Program-made: the position numbers and the translations under genes
Origin: an uncultured Nocardioidaceae bacterium
GTDB taxonomy: Bacteria > Actinomycetota > Actinomycetes > Propionibacteriales > Nocardioidaceae
Direction: 5' to 3'
Length of the DNA: 64,000 bases
Assembly: GCA_964571285.1 (NCBI GenBank)
Contig: CAZNCE010000001.1
Coordinates: forward strand, 47,255-111,254
Shown: positions 60,003 through 64,000 of the stretch, piece after piece
How the letters are laid out: every line of letters begins with the position of its first letter
Numbering within the stretch: position 1 is the first letter of the stretch
The notes under the pieces: model-generated
What the model was told of the DNA's origin: nothing
What the model saw: only the letters and a program-made list of their open reading frames with translations
Database searches by the model: none

Positions 60003-61118
60003 TCAGCCGAGCACCTCTTCGACGTCCCGGTGCGGCAGCCCGTGGGCCCGCGCCACCGGCTCGTTCACCACTTCGCCGGTGTGCACGTTCAGCCCCAGGG
60101 CGAATCCGGGATCCGCCCGCATCGCGGCCTGCCAGCCGCGGTCGGCCAACTCGGTCACGTACGGCAGCGTGACGTTGGTCAGCGCGTACGTCGAGGTGTG
60201 CGGCACCGTGCCGGGCATGTTGGTGACGCAGTAGAACACCGCATCATGAGCGGCATAGGTCGGGTCGGTGTGCGTGGTCGGCCGCGAGTCCTCGAAGCAG
60301 CCGCCCTGATCGATCGCGATGTCGACCAGCACCGCGCCGGGCCGCATCCGCGACACCAGGTCGCTGGACACCAGCCGCGGCGCCCGCGCACCAGGGACCA
60401 GCACCGCCCCGATCACCAGGTCTGCGTCGACCACCGCCTTCTCGATCTCGAAGGTGTTCGAGGCGACGGTCTGCAGATGGCCCTGGTAGATCCGGTCGGC
60501 CTGCCGCAGCCGCTCGATGTTGATGTCGAGCATCAGCACCTCGGCCTGCATGCCCAGCGCGATGGCCGCGGCGTTCATCCCCGACACCCCCGCGCCGAGC
60601 ACCACGGTCTTGGCCGCATACACGCCCGGCGCGCCGCCGAGCAGGATCCCGCGCCCGCCGCCCGCACGCATCAGGTGGTAGGCGCCGACCTGCGGCGCAA
60701 GCCTCCCGGCGATCTCGCTCATCGGCGCCAACAGCGGCAGCCGCCCCTCGACGTCCTCCACGGTCTCGTACGCGATCGCGGTCACGCCGCTGCGCAGCAG
60801 CGCATCGGTGCACTCGCGGGACGCGGCCAGGTGCAGGTAGGTGAACAGCAACTGGCCCTTGCGCATCCGCTCGTACTCGGGGCCGACCGGCTCCTTGACC
60901 TTCAGTACCAGGTCGGCGGCGTCCCACACGCCAGCGGCGTCGGGCACCAGCGTCGCCCCGGCGGCGGCGAAGTCCTCGTCCGGGATCGCGGAGCCCACTC
61001 CCGCACCCGCCTCGACCAGCACCTGGTGGCCGTGCCGGGACAGCTCGTGCACGCCGGCCGGGGTGATCGCCACGCGGAACTCGTTGTCCTTGATCTCACG
61101 TGGCACACCGATCCTCAC
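60003..61118 (-). CDS. ald: Alanine dehydrogenase
   Basis: Trimmed to GTG 61118: [26 protein letters not shown] fold [13 protein letters not shown]. 371 aa. Confidence 0.93.
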   Translation of the reverse strand: MRIGVPREIKDNEFRVAITPAGVHELSRHGHQVLVEAGAGVGSAIPDEDFAAAGATLVPDAAGVWDAADLVLKVKEPVGPEYERMRKGQLLFTYLHLAASRECTDALLRSGVTAIAYETVEDVEGRLPLLAPMSEIAGRLAPQVGAYHLMRAGGGRGILLGGAPGVYAAKTVVLGAGVSGMNAAAIALGMQAEVLMLDINIERLRQADRIYQGHLQTVASNTFEIEKAVVDADLVIGAVLVPGARAPRLVSSDLVSRMRPGAVLVDIAIDQGGCFEDSRPTTHTDPTYAAHDAVFYCVTNMPGTVPHTSTYALTNVTLPYVTELADRGWQAAMRADPGFALGLNVHTGEVVNEPVARAHGLPHRDVEEVLG

Positions 61119-61138
61119 GCTGGCGAGTCTAGACCGGC

Positions 61139-62668
61139 TCAGCCCTGCGCCGGGCCGGCCAGCGCCCGCACGGTGGCCAGGGTGTCGGCCTCGGCGGCGG
61201 TCTTGTCGTCGCGGTAGCGCAGCACCCGGGCGAACCGCAGCGCCAGGCCGCCCGGGTAGCGCGACGAGCGCTGCAGGCCGTCGAACGCGATCTCCACCAC
61301 CTGCTCGGGACGCACCTGCACCACATGGCCGCTGCGGCCGGTCTCCAACTCCAGGAACCGCTCGGTCTGCCAGGCGAGCATCTGGTCGGTCATGCCCTTG
61401 AACGTCTTGCCCAGCATCACGAACCCGCCCTCGGGATCCCGCGCGCCGAGGTGAATGTTGGACAGCCAGCCGCGCCGGCGGCCGCTCCCCCACTCCACCG
61501 CCAGCACCACGAGATCCAGGGTGTGCCGTGGCTTCACCTTCACCCAGGCGGCGCCGCGGCGGCCCGCCGCATACGGCGCGTCCAGCGCCTTGACCACGAC
61601 CCCCTCCTGGCCCGCGGCCACGGCCCGCTGGAAGAACGCGGCCGCGCCGGCCGGGTCGGCGTCGAGCAGCCGGGAGACCACCGCCTCCGCAGGCACGATC
61701 GCGTCCAACCGGGCCAGCCGGTCCCGCAACGGCCGGTCGACCAGGTCGGCACCGTCGGCGCGGAGGCAGTCGAAGTAGTACACCGAGAGCGCGGTCCCGG
61801 CCGGGGTTGCCTCGGCCAGCCGGGTCGCGGTCCGCGACGCCGTCTCCTGGAACGCCCGGGGCCGCCCGCTCGGGTCCAGCGCGATCACCTCGCCGTCCAG
61901 CACCACCTCTGGGGTCGGCAGCGCACGTACCCCGGCGACCACCTCCGGCAGCCGCGCGGTGATGTCGTCGAGGCTGCGCGTGAACACCCCGACCTCGTCG
62001 CCGCTGCGGTGCACCTGGACCCGGATCCCGTCGAGCTTGACGTCCACCGAGGCCGGGCCGGCCATACCGGCCAGCGCGGCGTCGACGTCCGGCGCCGACG
62101 ACGCCAGCATCGGGCGCACCGGACGGCCGACCTCAAGGTGGATCTCGGCCACCGCGTCCGCCCCGGACAACAGCGCCGCCCGGGCCACCGGCACCGTGGC
62201 GCCGCCGAGCATCGCGGCCCGCCGCACGTGGGCAAGGGGTACGCCGGAGGCGGCCGCGATCGCGTCCAGCATGGCGGCATCGGCGGCGCCCTGCCGCACG
62301 TCACCGGACAGCAACCCGCGGAGCAGCCGCTGTTCATCGGCCGTCGCACGCCCGAACAGGTCTCGCACGGCGGCAGTGCGCGCCGCCGCCGACCCGGCGC
62401 CGTGCAGTCGGCTGATCGCCTCCAGTTCGGCGTCCACCTGCAGCACGGTGAGCGTGGGGCGATCCGCGGGTTCGGGCAGGTCGGCCAGCGACGCCCAGCC
62501 GATGCCCGTGCGCCGCTGCCGCAACTCGCCGGACAGCATCGGGACCGCGACGTCGATGTCGGCCGGGTCGGCGCGGGTGAGTACGGCGGCCAGCGCGTCC
62601 CGCTTGGCGGTCCTGGAGCGGGTCGCGGCCAGCGTGCGCGACACCTCCGCCACCTCGGCGAACAGCAT
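61139..62668 (-). CDS. ligB: ATP-dependent DNA ligase (LigB-like, three-domain)
   Basis: Adenylation motif VDVKLDGIRVQVH (KxDG), plus EGVVVKALD and WVKVK. Start trimmed to ATG 62668 (MLFAEVAEVSRTLA). Confidence 0.85.
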   Translation of the reverse strand: MLFAEVAEVSRTLAATRSRTAKRDALAAVLTRADPADIDVAVPMLSGELRQRRTGIGWASLADLPEPADRPTLTVLQVDAELEAISRLHGAGSAAARTAAVRDLFGRATADEQRLLRGLLSGDVRQGAADAAMLDAIAAASGVPLAHVRRAAMLGGATVPVARAALLSGADAVAEIHLEVGRPVRPMLASSAPDVDAALAGMAGPASVDVKLDGIRVQVHRSGDEVGVFTRSLDDITARLPEVVAGVRALPTPEVVLDGEVIALDPSGRPRAFQETASRTATRLAEATPAGTALSVYYFDCLRADGADLVDRPLRDRLARLDAIVPAEAVVSRLLDADPAGAAAFFQRAVAAGQEGVVVKALDAPYAAGRRGAAWVKVKPRHTLDLVVLAVEWGSGRRRGWLSNIHLGARDPEGGFVMLGKTFKGMTDQMLAWQTERFLELETGRSGHVVQVRPEQVVEIAFDGLQRSSRYPGGLALRFARVLRYRDDKTAAEADTLATVRALAGPAQG

Positions 62669-62675
62669 GGCCGCC

Positions 62676-63323
62676 CTAGCCGCCGGGCTCGACGTCGGCG
62701 GCCCGGGCGGGCCAAGGCGCATGCGACGGACGCAGCGCGCGCAGCCCGGCTCCCCGCTGAGCCGCCCAGGTGGCCAGCACGCCCATCACCGCCATCGGGT
62801 TCTCGATCCGCCCGTCCAGTACCGCCTGCACCGCGTCGTCGAGTGGCAGCCAATGCAGGTCGAGGTCGGCCTCCTCGTGGGCACCGCGGTGTCGTTCGGA
62901 CTCGGGTACGACGGTGAGGTCACGGGCGAGGTACACCCGCCACCGTTCGGTGGACACGCCCGGGGAGGCGAACGAGTCCACCAGCACCCGCCAGTCGGCC
63001 GCCCGCAGCGCCGCCTCCTCGAACAGCTCCCGGGCCGCGGCCTGCGCCGGGTCCTCGCCGGGCTCGTCCAGCAGCCCGGCGGGCAGTTCCAGCAGCCGGT
63101 GGCCGACCGGATGGCGGTACTGGCCCAGTAGCAACACCCGGAGGTCGTCGTCCAGCACCACGGTGCCCACCGCGTCGTGGTGCTCGACCACGTCACGGTC
63201 GAAGACCGACCCGTCCGGGCCGCGCAGCGTGTCGCGGCGCGCCGACACGAAGGACCCGTCGAGCAGCGACCGCGAGGCGGTCACCGGCCATCGCTCGGGG
63301 CGGTCAGCCGGCCGCTCGGACAC
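62676..63323 (-). CDS. Nudix hydrolase (ADP-ribose pyrophosphatase-like, Rv1700-like)
   Basis: Nudix box [25 protein letters not shown]. Start trimmed to GTG 63323. Confidence 0.85.
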   Translation of the reverse strand: MSERPADRPERWPVTASRSLLDGSFVSARRDTLRGPDGSVFDRDVVEHHDAVGTVVLDDDLRVLLLGQYRHPVGHRLLELPAGLLDEPGEDPAQAAARELFEEAALRAADWRVLVDSFASPGVSTERWRVYLARDLTVVPESERHRGAHEEADLDLHWLPLDDAVQAVLDGRIENPMAVMGVLATWAAQRGAGLRALRPSHAPWPARAADVEPGG

Positions 63324-64000
63324 CGTCAACCGCCTGGGAGGCGACGGCCACCGGCTCCTCGTCCACCGGCAGCCGCATCTCCCGCTGGCGCTCGAGAGCG
63401 GCTGCCACCAGCCCGGCGAACAGCGGGTGCGCCCGGGTCGGCCGCGACCGGAACTCCGGATGCGCCTGGGTCGCCACGAAGTAGGGATGCTCGCTCCGCG
63501 GCAGCTCGACGTACTCCACCAGTGTCTGGTCGGGGGACGTGCCGGAGACCACCAGCCCCGCCTGCTCCAACTGCTTCCGGTAGGCGTTGTTGACCTCGTA
63601 GCGGTGTCGGTGCCGCTCCTCGACCTGCGGCTGGTCGTACAGCTCGGCGACCTGGCTGCCCTCACGCAACCGCGCGGGGTAGAGCCCCAGCCGCATGGTG
63701 CCGCCGAGGTCGCCCTGGCCGGCCACGATCTGCTTCTGCTCGGCCATGGTGGCGATCACCGGGGTGTCGGTCTGCGGGTCGAACTCGGTGGACGAGGCGT
63801 CGGCCAGGCCGGCCACGTTCCGGGCGTACTCGATCACCATGCACTGCAGGCCGAGGCAGAGGCCGAGCGTGGGGATCCGGTTCTCGCGGGCGTACCGCAG
63901 CGCGCCGACCTTGCCCTCGATGCCGCGGATTCCGAAGCCTCCCGGCACGCAGATCGCGTCCACGTCCCCCAGGTGCCGGGAGGCACTCTCGGGCGTGGCG
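63304..64000 (-). CDS. pyrG: CTP synthase, C-terminal glutamine-amidotransferase part; 5' end beyond the right window edge
   Basis: GLCLGLQCM (Cys nucleophile), HRHRYEVN and HPEF. The frame stays open to base 64000. Confidence 0.95.
   Translation of the reverse strand, partial: ATPESASRHLGDVDAICVPGGFGIRGIEGKVGALRYARENRIPTLGLCLGLQCMVIEYARNVAGLADASSTEFDPQTDTPVIATMAEQKQIVAGQGDLGGTMRLGLYPARLREGSQVAELYDQPQVEERHRHRYEVNNAYRKQLEQAGLVVSGTSPDQTLVEYVELPRSEHPYFVATQAHPEFRSRPTRAHPLFAGLVAAALERQREMRLPVDEEPVAVASQAVDGVRAAG

Noticed and set aside
59953-61493. N-terminal extensions of track ORFs (ald to 61493, the parA-like gene to 59707, Nudix to 63665, the ligase to 62722, the beta-lactamase-like gene to 9402)
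   Set aside because: The extensions overlap neighbouring genes and are low-complexity. Conserved family N-termini and internal start codons with SD-like sequences define shorter genes.
61139-62668. NHEJ module (ligase plus Ku)
   Set aside because: No Ku-like gene is in the window. The ligase has a LigB-type three-domain layout without primase/polymerase or nuclease domains.

Overview
High-GC (roughly 70% or more by eye, GC3-saturated codons) Actinomycetota chromosomal DNA. I call about 62 protein-coding genes, one tRNA-Pro(GGG), a glycine riboswitch before gcvP and a TPP riboswitch before an ABC importer. I see no rRNA, CRISPR array, transposase, phage-type integrase or prophage. Two blocks of conserved actinobacterial core synteny lie on the minus strand. 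The first, at 9.2-18.4 kb, runs gcvP, MerR, DUF151 nuclease, MerR, garA, gcvH, DUF881, small membrane protein, DUF881, pgsA, the same order as M. tuberculosis Rv1832-Rv1822 as I remember it. The second, at 50.6-64 kb, runs der, acyltransferase, cmk, tyrA, aroH, rluB, scpB, scpA, parA-like, xerD, ald, ATP-dependent ligase, Nudix, pyrG (compare Rv1713-Rv1699). About 32 kb of accessory-looking genes sit between them: stress, redox, a PucR-mmsA-aminotransferase catabolic unit, a thiamine-type ABC importer, a sulfur-transfer operon and GNATs. This stretch ends at tRNA-Pro. Many long ORFs in the supplied track are wrong-frame or antisense artefacts typical of high-GC DNA. The track also omits edge-truncated genes: asnB at the left edge, and pyrG running past the right edge. 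There are three best candidates for something undescribed. (1) A translationally coupled four-gene operon at 21.2-26.5 kb: cholesterol-oxidase-like GMC flavoprotein, orphan 218-aa protein, membrane-anchored metallophosphoesterase, and an alpha/beta hydrolase with a Cys in the nucleophile elbow. (2) A TetR-controlled operon at 43.3-48.4 kb coupling a CocE/NonD hydrolase to a rhodanese, a persulfide-dioxygenase-rhodanese fusion and a TMEM175-type channel, with a 44-bp operator-like inverted repeat (perfect 11-bp outer arms). (3) A small ORF at 57420-57743 (present in the track only as the tail of a 357-aa ORF) with ribbon-helix-helix-like features, wedged by GTGA overlaps between the parA-like gene and scpA, with phased repeats upstream of parA. 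All functional calls rest on motif recognition and remembered family knowledge; no database search was possible.
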